From Opitutales bacterium (lineage in GTDB: Bacteria > Verrucomicrobiota > Verrucomicrobiia > Opitutales > JBHJGM01): DNA of 64,000 nt. The translations under genes were made by a program, and so were the position numbers. Positions within the stretch are counted from its first letter, which is position 1, and each line of letters begins with the position of its first letter. The notes under the pieces were generated by a model. It saw only the letters and a program-made list of their open reading frames with translations. It ran no database searches and was not told where the DNA came from. The stretch covers positions 140,262 through 204,261 of the forward strand of contig JBHJGQ010000004.1 of NCBI GenBank assembly GCA_050331595.1, in the 5' to 3' direction. This document shows positions 53,018 through 61,367 of the stretch, piece after piece.

Positions 53018-53923
53018 ATGACTTCGGATTTTTTGGATACGAACGGTGAATTCATCAACGCGCACGGCGGAGGCATGCTGTGGCATGAGGGCACCTACTA
53101 TTGGTATGGTGAATGCCGCCCCGCCGGCCCTTCCACGCTCAATGCGCAAATCGGTATTTCGTGTTACGCCTCGACGGATTTGGTGCAGTGGGAGAATCAC
53201 GGCGCGGTGCTGCGCGTGAGCGACGAGCCGGGTCACGATCTGGAAGCTGGCTGTAAGATCGAGCGCCCCAAGGCTACCTTCTGCGAGCAGACGGGAAAAT
53301 TTGTGCTCTGGTGGCACCACGACTTGAAGGGTTTGGGGCACCTGGGCGCGCTCGCCGGCGTGGCGACGGCCGACACGCCCACGGGCCCCTTCGAGTTCAT
53401 CCGCACGTTTCGCCCGTCCAACCTGATGTTCCGAGACTGTACGCTCTTCAAAGACGACGACGGAACGGCCTATTTGGTCTTTGCGACCGACGACAATGCC
53501 AACCTGGCCATCGCCGAGCTGGACTCGACCTATCTCGAGCCAACGGCCAAGACGATCAAATGCTTTCCGGGCCGCTACATGGAGGCCCCCTGTGTGTTCA
53601 AGCGCAACGGTCTGTACTATCTGATCGCATCGGACTGTTCGTCGTGGCTACCGAACGAGGCGCGCTCGGCCGTGGCCCCGAGCCTTTTTGGTCCGTGGCA
53701 TGAACTCGGAAATCCCTGCCTTGGCGAAGACGCCGAAATCACCTTCGGCGCGCAAAGCACCTACGTGCAGCCGATCGTTGGTCAGGAGGACGCCTACCTG
53801 TTTATGGCCGACCGCTGGCGCCCGGACGCACTCGAGCAATCGACCTACCTCTGGCTCCCTCTGGAATTTCGGAAGACGGTGCCGCATTGGCCCGACCGGC
53901 CATTTTTGCGCCAGAAGCCATAG
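53018..53923 (+). CDS. GH43 family glycoside hydrolase (five-bladed propeller, single domain)
   Basis: 'INAHGGGMLWHEGTYYWYGE', 'KIERPKATFCEQTGKFVLWWH', 'RDCTLFKDDDGTAYLVF' and 'YMEAPCVFKRNGLYYLIAS'. No signal peptide. The start could also be 52979. Confidence 0.8.
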   Translation: MTSDFLDTNGEFINAHGGGMLWHEGTYYWYGECRPAGPSTLNAQIGISCYASTDLVQWENHGAVLRVSDEPGHDLEAGCKIERPKATFCEQTGKFVLWWHHDLKGLGHLGALAGVATADTPTGPFEFIRTFRPSNLMFRDCTLFKDDDGTAYLVFATDDNANLAIAELDSTYLEPTAKTIKCFPGRYMEAPCVFKRNGLYYLIASDCSSWLPNEARSAVAPSLFGPWHELGNPCLGEDAEITFGAQSTYVQPIVGQEDAYLFMADRWRPDALEQSTYLWLPLEFRKTVPHWPDRPFLRQKP

Positions 53924-54013
53924 AACCGGGTCGACTCGCCGTCGGAATCGAGTCACTCCTGCGACGTCGAATTTGGCTCGCCGTGGAGCGCTCGGAACGT
54001 CTCGATTCAGTGC

Positions 54014-55807
54014 ATGACGCTCCCACGTTCGATTTTGCTTTCTGTCGCCTCTGTCACGCTCAGCCTGCCTCTGATGAGTCGCGACGCCGCCATCGAAATC
54101 GGGGCCGAGGCCCTACACGCGGTCAATCCGCGGCTGTTTGGCCAGTTCATGGAACGGGCCAGCTGGGGGGAGCCGGGCCCGGAAGCCGTTCTGCAGGAAG
54201 GCGAGAAGGATCTTCCCGAGGCGGTGCTGGAACACTTCGAGGCAATGAACGTTCCGCTCATTCGCTACCCGGGTGGGTCCGACATCAAGGTGCTCGACTG
54301 GACCGATTGGATCTCGAACGCGCCCAACCGCGAAGACCCGGAACGCCCCGTCTCCAAGGGCATGCGAGGCGATCCCATTACCAATAACTTCGGTTTGGAC
54401 GAGTACTTCCGCCTGCGCGACCGGCTTGGCGCGGAGACCATCCTCGTAGTCAACCTGCACGATGCCCTCTACAAGGAAAAGGCGCTGGAGGCAGCCGCTC
54501 GTCATGCCGCGGGTCTGGTGGCTTATTGCAACGCGCCCGCCGGTGCCAAACTCCCTGAGGGCATGCCGGACTGGCCCGCAATCCGCGCCAAGAACGGGCA
54601 CCCCGAGCCGTTCGGCGTGGAGTATTTCCAAATTGGCAACGAGACGTATTTTTTCTGGCCACCCAAGGCCAAGGCCGCTGCCGACCTCGGCCTCGAGTCC
54701 TTCGACGCGCAGGCGGAGTACTACATCCAGTGCGTGGTGACCAAGGCCGATGCCATGCGCGCGGTCGATCCGTCGATTCGGCTGATCCTGGATGGTCCCC
54801 GTCAGGCATCCCATGACGAAAGCGACGTCCGGCGCGCGTTGTTTTATCGGGTGGCGGCGGACCCCCGCGTGCGTGAACGCTTCGAGTACTTGTCGTACCA
54901 CGCCTATGCGGGCAGCGGCACCCCCGTCCTTCTGCGGGTTTCTCGGCCAGAGGATGGGCCGATCGACGATTTCGAGACCGACCGGTGGTGGAAGGACCGG
55001 GTCAGCGGTACGGTGTTGCGTCAGGACGAAATCGATGCCGAAAGCCTCTGGTATGTTTGGATGGCGCGTCCGGGCTACATTGACGGACAGGGGCTCAACA
55101 ACGGGCTGGGCGAAATCACCGCCTTCGTCAAAGGTCTGGGGTACCGCATCGCCTGCACGGAATGGAACTTCAACCACTGGGGGGTGCCCGACCTGGAAGG
55201 CGGCTTGAAGCATCAGTGGGCTTCCGGACTGGGAGCCGCGGGCTTCATCCATGGCATGTTGCGTCAAGCCGATGTGATTGAACTGGGCGCGCAGAGCATG
55301 ATGCTGGGCGTGCAGTGGGGAATCAACTCGGTCCGCTATGACCCTGAGCGCGACCCGTCGGTTTACTTCCATCCGCAGGGCAGGGTGACCGCTTTTTACA
55401 GCAACAATGTCGGCACGGCCTTTTTGCCGGTGACCTACCGCGAGAATCCACGGGTACCGATCGACGCGCAGTACGTGGACGGCTGGGGTTGGCCCGAGCA
55501 AGCCTCGCTCGCCCTGGTCGACGCGGTGGCCACGCGCAACGAGGAGATGCTCTTCGTGCACTTGCTCCACCGGGAATTCTCCGACTCGCGCACGGTTGAG
55601 ATTCGCTTGGACGAGGCTTTCGGGCTTAGCTTTCCGACCGAAGCCACCCAGCGCATGCTGACCGGGGACATCACCGTCGGCTACGGGCCCAATACCGTCC
55701 ACGACGAGGAATCGGTGCCGCTCGTCCTTGAATCGAATACGCTGAAGCTTTCGCTCCCGCCGCGAAGCATTTCGATCCTGCGCATCCCGCTGCCGGCGAC
55801 ACCGTAG
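54014..55807 (+). CDS. GH51-like (clan GH-A) glycoside hydrolase, putative alpha-L-arabinofuranosidase-related
   Basis: Signal-like 'MTLPRSILLSVASVTLSLPLMS'. 'VNPRLFGQFMERASWG', 'IRYPGGSD' and 'YFQIGNETYF' (GNE acid/base motif). The sequence is a distant match, so the family call is tentative. Confidence 0.6.
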   Translation: MTLPRSILLSVASVTLSLPLMSRDAAIEIGAEALHAVNPRLFGQFMERASWGEPGPEAVLQEGEKDLPEAVLEHFEAMNVPLIRYPGGSDIKVLDWTDWISNAPNREDPERPVSKGMRGDPITNNFGLDEYFRLRDRLGAETILVVNLHDALYKEKALEAAARHAAGLVAYCNAPAGAKLPEGMPDWPAIRAKNGHPEPFGVEYFQIGNETYFFWPPKAKAAADLGLESFDAQAEYYIQCVVTKADAMRAVDPSIRLILDGPRQASHDESDVRRALFYRVAADPRVRERFEYLSYHAYAGSGTPVLLRVSRPEDGPIDDFETDRWWKDRVSGTVLRQDEIDAESLWYVWMARPGYIDGQGLNNGLGEITAFVKGLGYRIACTEWNFNHWGVPDLEGGLKHQWASGLGAAGFIHGMLRQADVIELGAQSMMLGVQWGINSVRYDPERDPSVYFHPQGRVTAFYSNNVGTAFLPVTYRENPRVPIDAQYVDGWGWPEQASLALVDAVATRNEEMLFVHLLHREFSDSRTVEIRLDEAFGLSFPTEATQRMLTGDITVGYGPNTVHDEESVPLVLESNTLKLSLPPRSISILRIPLPATP

Positions 55808-55822
55808 GCGTGCGAAGATCGC

Positions 55823-55845
55823 TACCTCGTCTCGGTGACGAGGTA
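55823..55845 (+). terminator. Stem-loop downstream of the GH51-like gene
   Basis: TACCTCGTC-tcggt-GACGAGGTA, a 9-bp perfect stem, lies 16 nt after the stop. No clear U-tract follows. Confidence 0.35.
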
Positions 55846-56085
55846 TACCCGTGCCAGCGGAGACGAGTTCTGCTTCACGAGAAGGCCAAAATCCCGACGT
55901 TGTTTGGATTGGGAAGCTCCCGGCTAAACCATAGTCAGACGAATTTCTCCTGGCTGTAACCTCGATTTAACAATTCCCGAGATCACGTAGTGCATATGCC
56001 TACGTTATACTCAGGTGACTGCATTAGGTGCGGACCCACGTGACTTAGTGCATGCATCTACCATCATCCAACCGACGACATCCAA

Positions 56086-56844
56086 ATGATTACCTATCAT
56101 CGCACTCTAATCGCAGGTGGCGCTTTGATGCTCGCCGCCAGCCAGTCTCACGGTCAATCCCTGACCGTGATCGAAGGGCTGGACGACGATGCCATTCGCG
56201 GCCTGCCCACCGCTTAGGAGGTTGCGGCTCGCATTGGCGGGCCCGGCACCGAGCGTGAACTTGAGCTCGGCATTCCCAATGCGGGAAACTCCGCAAACAT
56301 CATCGACGAAGCGAGCTTCAACTGGGTCAGCAATCGACTTTATGAATGGGAACTCGATTACGACGCGAACCTCGATGCCGGCCAGCTCATCTTTTCGGTG
56401 AGAGATACAGTCACCGGAGAGGTTTTTGAAGTAACGAACGGCGCAGCCAGTGAGGGCGGCACTCCGGTCTTCGACGACGCGTTCACCACGTTGGCTTTTC
56501 GAGTCGCCGCGCCGGACAACAACACCGGTTCCGTTGCCGTAACGGTGGATTCGTTCAGCCTCGATCCGACGGGCTTCACTTCCTTCGAGCTGTTTGAGTT
56601 CGATGACCCGGGTCGTACGGAGGTTGTGCTGGTCAACGGCGCAGTCGGCGTCGACGACTCGTTCGTCTTCGGCGGCACGCTGGTTTTCGACAACCCGAAT
56701 GACCTTCGTCGTTCCCAGCTGGCTTTCCAGATCAAGGGCTTGGCCGGTGGCCAAGTCGTCCCCGAACCGAGCACCTATGCAGCCATCGCTGGTGTGCTCG
56801 CATTGGGCTTGGCCGTACTTCGGCGCCGCATGCGTCGCCGCTAA
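56086..56844 (+). pseudogene. PEP-CTERM protein gene interrupted by a single in-frame TAG (codon 44)
   Basis: ATG 56086 gives the signal peptide 'MITYHRTLIAGGALMLAASQSHGQS'. An in-frame TAG sits at 56215-56217. The same frame then stays open to TAA 56842-56844 and ends 'VPEPSTYAAIAGVLALGLAVLRRRMRRR'. The track only reports the GTG-initiated 3' part (56398-56844). Confidence 0.6.
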
Positions 56845-56880
56845 GGGACGCAACACAGCAATACTTAGGCTTCATTTTCA

Positions 56881-56914
56881 AGCGGCACCCCGGTTCGGGT
56901 GCCGCTTTTTTTTT
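56881..56914 (+). terminator. Rho-independent terminator
   Basis: AGCGGCACCC-cggttc-GGGTGCCGCT followed by T9, 37 nt after the PEP-CTERM gene stop. Confidence 0.75.
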
Positions 56915-57092
56915 CCGCGCGGACGTGAACGCCATCGTCGAGCCGATTTCGGATCGCTTCGATCCGCTCGTGTTCTTTGTCGGCGATACGTGCATTTCTG
57001 TCGCAGCGGATTCGTGGTTCAGGAACATACGCGGCAATGAGCGCTAGCTCCGATAAAGCCGATGCAGTCATGCCGCCAGGATCGGGCAGAGA

Positions 57093-57944
57093 CTACTCGG
57101 CGTTTCCCTCGGGTTCGAGAATCTGCAGGACAATCGCGGTCATGTTATCGCGGCTGGTGAAAGCGGCTTCGTTGACCAGGCGCTTGGGCGGGGGCAGATC
57201 GCTGTCGCGGGGAGGCGGCTCGCGGACGAGGCCCTCAATTTTCGAGGTGCTCACGCCATCGGTAATGCCGTCCGTGCACAGGACAAACCAGTCGCCGGGC
57301 TCGTAGAGGATGGTGCCCAGCTGCGGCTCCACGTTCCGGATCTTCCCGCCCAGGGCCATCTGCAGGGCGGCTTTGGCCGGGTGGCGGCGCGCCTCGAGTT
57401 CGCTCAGCTTCCCCTGGCGAACCAGCCAGCCGACGTGCGTGTGGTCGTAGGAAACCTGCTGTATCGGGCTGTTGCGTGCCAGGTGATACAGGCGGCTGTC
57501 GCCGGCGTGACCAAAATACGCCTTCTCCGGAGTGAACCAAATCAGGCTGAGCGTGGCACCCATGCCGGCAGTTTCTTCGTAGGCGCGCCCCAGATTGACC
57601 ATTTCCTGGTGCGTGCGCTCGAAGAGTTCTTCGAGGAAGTCTTCGCCGCCTGGGTGCAGCCCGGTGGCTTTGAGCCGGAAACTCCGGGGCAGCAGTTCGG
57701 AAATTTTGTCGACGGCAATCTGGCTGGCGTACTCCCCGGCTTGCGCCCCGCCCATGCCATCGCTGACGGCAAAGACAAAGTCTCCCTGGCCGAAAGACCC
57801 CTGGCCCTGGCTGCCCAAACGAAACACCTCCAACCCATCCAGTTGCAGGCCCAAAAAGGCATCCTCATTTTTTTTGCGGAATCGGCCAGGGTCGGTGAGG
57901 CCCCACCAACGAATCGCGGCAGGTGGCATGTTGTTGCTGGTCAT
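57093..57944 (-). CDS. PP2C-family Ser/Thr protein phosphatase
   Basis: 'TDPGRFRKKNEDAF', 'FAVSDGMGGAQAGEYAS', 'GATLSLIWF', 'HAGDSRLY', 'VLCTDGITD' and 'RDNMTAIV'. Confidence 0.88.
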   Translation of the reverse strand: MTSNNMPPAAIRWWGLTDPGRFRKKNEDAFLGLQLDGLEVFRLGSQGQGSFGQGDFVFAVSDGMGGAQAGEYASQIAVDKISELLPRSFRLKATGLHPGGEDFLEELFERTHQEMVNLGRAYEETAGMGATLSLIWFTPEKAYFGHAGDSRLYHLARNSPIQQVSYDHTHVGWLVRQGKLSELEARRHPAKAALQMALGGKIRNVEPQLGTILYEPGDWFVLCTDGITDGVSTSKIEGLVREPPPRDSDLPPPKRLVNEAAFTSRDNMTAIVLQILEPEGNAE

Positions 57945-58393
57945 TCCGTCAGATCACTTCGCTGGGACTGCCGGCGGTACTGCTCCACCTGCGCCACCAC
58001 GAGGCCTTCCCCGGTCTCCAGGTTGGTGGCGAACTCAAAGTCGATCAGGCAGAACCGGCCCAGCTGCGGACTGTAGGTCACGTTGCGAGGGTAGGGGTCC
58101 TCGTGCCGCACCCCGTATGATTCGAGTTCGGCAAACAAGGCCTTGAGCTTGTCCGGATTGATTTTGTCCACGATCTGACCGCAATTGCTCGTGACCAGCG
58201 CCGGGATGTCGGGATTGTCGTCCAGAACCCTCGGGACGAAGGGACAGTTCTTTTGCTCCAAAAAGCGCAAGATACGGCGCTCGTTGTCAAAACGTTCGAA
58301 GGCCATCGGTCCCACGAATTCCTTGGTCACGCGCCCATCGAAGGCAATCCGGACGCGGGCCTGTTTCGTGTCTTTGATATCCATAGCTTCCAC
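57941..58393 (-). CDS. Minimal protein-kinase-like protein (150 aa)
   Basis: Kinase-core landmarks appear in order: 'RVTKEF' (beta3 Lys), 'FDNERRILRFL' (alphaC Glu), 'VRHEDPYPRNV' (HxD...N catalytic loop) and 'CLIDFEFA' (DFG-like). No Gly-rich loop or C-lobe is evident. The stop overlaps the PP2C ATG (ATGA). Confidence 0.5.
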   Translation of the reverse strand: MEAMDIKDTKQARVRIAFDGRVTKEFVGPMAFERFDNERRILRFLEQKNCPFVPRVLDDNPDIPALVTSNCGQIVDKINPDKLKALFAELESYGVRHEDPYPRNVTYSPQLGRFCLIDFEFATNLETGEGLVVAQVEQYRRQSQRSDLTE

Positions 58394-58565
58394 TGGCGTT
58401 GCGGCGAAACCAAGGGCTGGTGGGTCAGGTGGTCAAATAAAGACACCCGCAGTTAGCTGGCATAATGCTTGCTTCTCAGGGCGTTTTCCGATTTCCAAAC
58501 CAGCCATCTCCTCCATGGTAACTCAATATTGGTCAACCCTTTCGCCCTGTAAATGAGGAACTCCT

Positions 58566-59579
58566 ATGCCTAAGTACAAACTCGAATACATCTGGCTCGA
58601 CGGTTACACGCCCGTCCCCAACCTGCGTGGCAAAACACGCCTGGCGAGCGAAGCGCCCAAGAGCATCGACGATCTCCCGGAATGGGGCTTCGACGGAAGC
58701 TCAACGCGTCAGGCCGACGGCAGCGACTCCGACTGCATGCTCAAACCGGTTGCGCTGTACCCGGACGTTGGGCGTGACGATCACTCCTTCATCGTGATGT
58801 GTGAGGTGATGCTGCCGGACGGCGCGCCGCACCCCTCCAACATGCGGGCCACGATCATCGACGACGCCGACGCCTGGTTTGGCCTCGAGCAAGAATACTT
58901 TCTTTTCCACGACAAGCGCCCGCTCGGCTGGCCCATCGGCGGTTATCCCGACCCCCAGGGTGAGTACTACACCGGCGTCGGATACGCCAACGTGGGCGAT
59001 GTTGCCCGCGAAATCGTCGACAAGCACCTGGACCTCTGTCTCGCGGCCGGGATCAACCACGAAGGCATCAACGCCGAGGTGGCCAAAGGTCAGTGGGAAT
59101 TTCAGATCTTCGCCAAGGGTTCCAAGAAGTGCGCGGACGACGTCTGGGTTGCCCGTTTTCTGCTGATGCGCCTGTGCGAGAAGTACAAGGTCGATGTGGA
59201 ATGGCACTGCAAACCCTTCCTGGGCGACTGGAACGGCTCGGGCATGCACTGCAACTTTTCGACGAAGCACCTGCGCGAAGTCGGCGGCAAAGACTACTTC
59301 CTCAAGCTCATGGACGCGTTCGAGAAGAACAAGGATGAGCACATCGCCGCCTACGGCCCGGACAACCACCTGCGCTTGACCGGCCTGCACGAAACGCAGT
59401 CCATCGACAAGTTCAGCTGGGGCGTGGCCGACCGCGGTGCCTCCATCCGCGTGCCGCACAGCTTCGTCAAGAACGACTACAAAGGATATCTGGAAGACCG
59501 CCGCCCCAATTCCCAGGGCGACCCCTACCAGATTTGTTCGCGTGTGCTCCGCACCATCGCAGAAGTGCCGCAGGGCTAA
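58566..59579 (+). CDS. glnII: Glutamine synthetase type II (eukaryote-like)
   Basis: 'MPKYKLEYIWLDGYTPVPNLRGKTR', 'WGFDGSSTRQA', 'GLEQEYFLF', 'YYTGVGYANVGDVAREIVDKHLDLCLAAGINHEGINAEVAKGQWEFQI' and 'SIRVP'. Confidence 0.9.
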   Translation: MPKYKLEYIWLDGYTPVPNLRGKTRLASEAPKSIDDLPEWGFDGSSTRQADGSDSDCMLKPVALYPDVGRDDHSFIVMCEVMLPDGAPHPSNMRATIIDDADAWFGLEQEYFLFHDKRPLGWPIGGYPDPQGEYYTGVGYANVGDVAREIVDKHLDLCLAAGINHEGINAEVAKGQWEFQIFAKGSKKCADDVWVARFLLMRLCEKYKVDVEWHCKPFLGDWNGSGMHCNFSTKHLREVGGKDYFLKLMDAFEKNKDEHIAAYGPDNHLRLTGLHETQSIDKFSWGVADRGASIRVPHSFVKNDYKGYLEDRRPNSQGDPYQICSRVLRTIAEVPQG

Positions 59580-59600
59580 CCAGCCTCTTCAACCGTTTTC

Positions 59601-59640
59601 AAACGGCGCTCTCCACCGCGGGGAGCGCCGTTTTGTTTTT
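59601..59640 (+). terminator. Rho-independent terminator
   Basis: AAACGGCGCTC-(11 nt)-GAGCGCCGTTT followed by TGTTTTT, 22 nt after the glnII stop. Confidence 0.72.
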
Positions 59641-59754
59641 AGGCTGAAAGAATCGGGCGAGCCTCTTGCATGGAGTCCGTAAGCGCGTGGTACGGAAGCG
59701 CCGCGACGATCTCGCGCTATCACTGGCATCTGCGGGGGAACGACAAAAGATTTA

Positions 59755-60489
59755 TCAGGTCGTGCCGCTGCGTTCAATGGCCAGGGGTTTCAACCGCGTG
59801 CCCGAAAGATCCGGCCGGTGCTCTGCCGTGGCGTCCGCAGTGTTTTTCGCGTGGATTTCTTGGATACGGCCCTCGTCGATGCGGAGGATACGGTCGCCCA
59901 GTCGGCGGGCTTCGCTCAGGCTATGCGTCACGTGCAGCACAGTGAGCTGACGGGTCTGCTGCTGCCGCTGGAGCAACTGGTAGAGGCCTTCACGCGTGTC
60001 GTCGTCTAAGGCGCTGACCGGTTCGTCCAGCAGGAGAATTTTCGGCTCGAAGGCCAGGGCGCGACCCAGGGCGACGCGCTGTTTCTCGCCACCGCTGAGG
60101 TGCTTGGGGCCGCGTTCGAGCAAATGGGCAATGTTCAGGTCCGTTGCCAGTTGCTCAACGCGCTTGCGGATCCGGTCCTTGCGAAGACCACGAATGCGCA
60201 GCGCAAAACCGAGCTGCTCCCGCGTCGGCATGGTGCTGAAGAGCACGCCGTCTTGGGGGACATAGCCGACGCCCCGCTCCGAGGGCTTCATCGCGGAAAC
60301 GTCGCGGTCCATCAGAAAAACGGAGCCCTTGGACGGTCGCTGCAGGCCGGCGATGATCTCCAGCAAGGTGGTTTTTCCACTGCCGCTTGGGCCCATCAAA
60401 ATGCTGTAAGCGCCGGTCGGCACCGTCAGGGCGAGGTTGCTCAGACGAAACGAACCCAGTTGGATCGAGAGGTTTCTGAGTTCGATCAT
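59755..60489 (-). CDS. ABC transporter ATP-binding protein (ModC/CysA-like)
   Basis: ATG 60489 gives 'MIELRNLSIQLGSF...LMGPSGSGKTTLL' (Walker A). Also 'LSGGEKQRVALGRAL' and 'LLLDEPVSALD'. The upstream 97 codons of the track ORF were rejected. Confidence 0.87.
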   Translation of the reverse strand: MIELRNLSIQLGSFRLSNLALTVPTGAYSILMGPSGSGKTTLLEIIAGLQRPSKGSVFLMDRDVSAMKPSERGVGYVPQDGVLFSTMPTREQLGFALRIRGLRKDRIRKRVEQLATDLNIAHLLERGPKHLSGGEKQRVALGRALAFEPKILLLDEPVSALDDDTREGLYQLLQRQQQTRQLTVLHVTHSLSEARRLGDRILRIDEGRIQEIHAKNTADATAEHRPDLSGTRLKPLAIERSGTT

Positions 60490-60491
60490 GG

Positions 60492-61367
60492 CTAGAGAAG
60501 AATGCGGCCACGGCCCCACACGCGTGCTGCGATCAAGACGCTCAGCGCCGCTACGATCATGATCAGCGAGACGGCGACGGCGGCTTCCAGATCGCCGATG
60601 CTCAGCTCGAGGAAAACCGTCGTCGCGAGCACTTCGGTTTTGTTGCGGGTAGCTCCGGCAAAAATCAGCAACGGACCGAACTCGCCCAGCGAGCGCGCCC
60701 AGGCAAGCGTGAGCGCCGTCAGCATGCCGTTGCGAACCTCCGGCACAACGACTTTCCAGAAGGCTTGCCAGCGGCTGCAACCCAAGGTCAGGGCAACATT
60801 CTCCGCGCGCGCATCGGTTTGGTCGAAGGTGGCGCGCATGGTGCGCACGGCAAAAGCAGCGGCGACCGTGTACTGCGCCAGGATCACGGCCGGTATCTGG
60901 TAAACGACCCAGCGACTGGCCAGGCTGAACGGAAGGAATTGAAACAGTATCAGCAGGCTCAAGCCGACCACAAGCGGCGGCAGCACAATCGGAATGTCGA
61001 AGATTGCCTCGACAAGATTCCGCCCGCGAAAGGGCACCCGTGCCAGCAGGTACGCGACCGGGACGGCCGTCAGCACCGAGAGAATCGCAGCCACCGTGCA
61101 GCTGATGAGCGTCAGTCCGATCGAGTAGCGAATCTCCGGTTTTTGCAGGGCCGCCACCATCGGGTGTGCCGCGGCCTCCTCGGCGTCGCCCACCACACGG
61201 GTGTCCAGCTGGAAGACATAGAGCACATCTGCCAGTACGAGCAGCACCAACAGCAGCGCGTAGGTGCCGCCGATCACCACGAACGCGGCGTAGAAAAACC
61301 GGTCAGCCACGCGGTGCGACCCGCCGATGTTCGCAGCCGCGAGGTCGTCTTTGGCCGGCGCGCTCAT
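60492..61367 (-). CDS. ABC transporter permease (ModB/CysTW-like)
   Basis: 'IPIVLPPLVVGLSLLILF', and the EAA-type loop 'LGCSRWQAFWKVVVPEVRNGMLTALTLAWARSLGEFG'. Confidence 0.84.
   Translation of the reverse strand: MSAPAKDDLAAANIGGSHRVADRFFYAAFVVIGGTYALLLVLLVLADVLYVFQLDTRVVGDAEEAAAHPMVAALQKPEIRYSIGLTLISCTVAAILSVLTAVPVAYLLARVPFRGRNLVEAIFDIPIVLPPLVVGLSLLILFQFLPFSLASRWVVYQIPAVILAQYTVAAAFAVRTMRATFDQTDARAENVALTLGCSRWQAFWKVVVPEVRNGMLTALTLAWARSLGEFGPLLIFAGATRNKTEVLATTVFLELSIGDLEAAVAVSLIMIVAALSVLIAARVWGRGRILL

Noticed and set aside
56215-56217. In-frame TAG read as a pyrrolysine codon, tempting because a corrinoid methyltransferase system is in the window.
   Set aside because: The interrupted gene is a PEP-CTERM surface protein, not an MttB/MtbB/MtmB-type methylamine methyltransferase. 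None of the URO-D-like genes contains an in-frame TAG, and no pylTSBCD genes are visible. A pseudogene, sequencing error or read-through remains the more parsimonious explanation.
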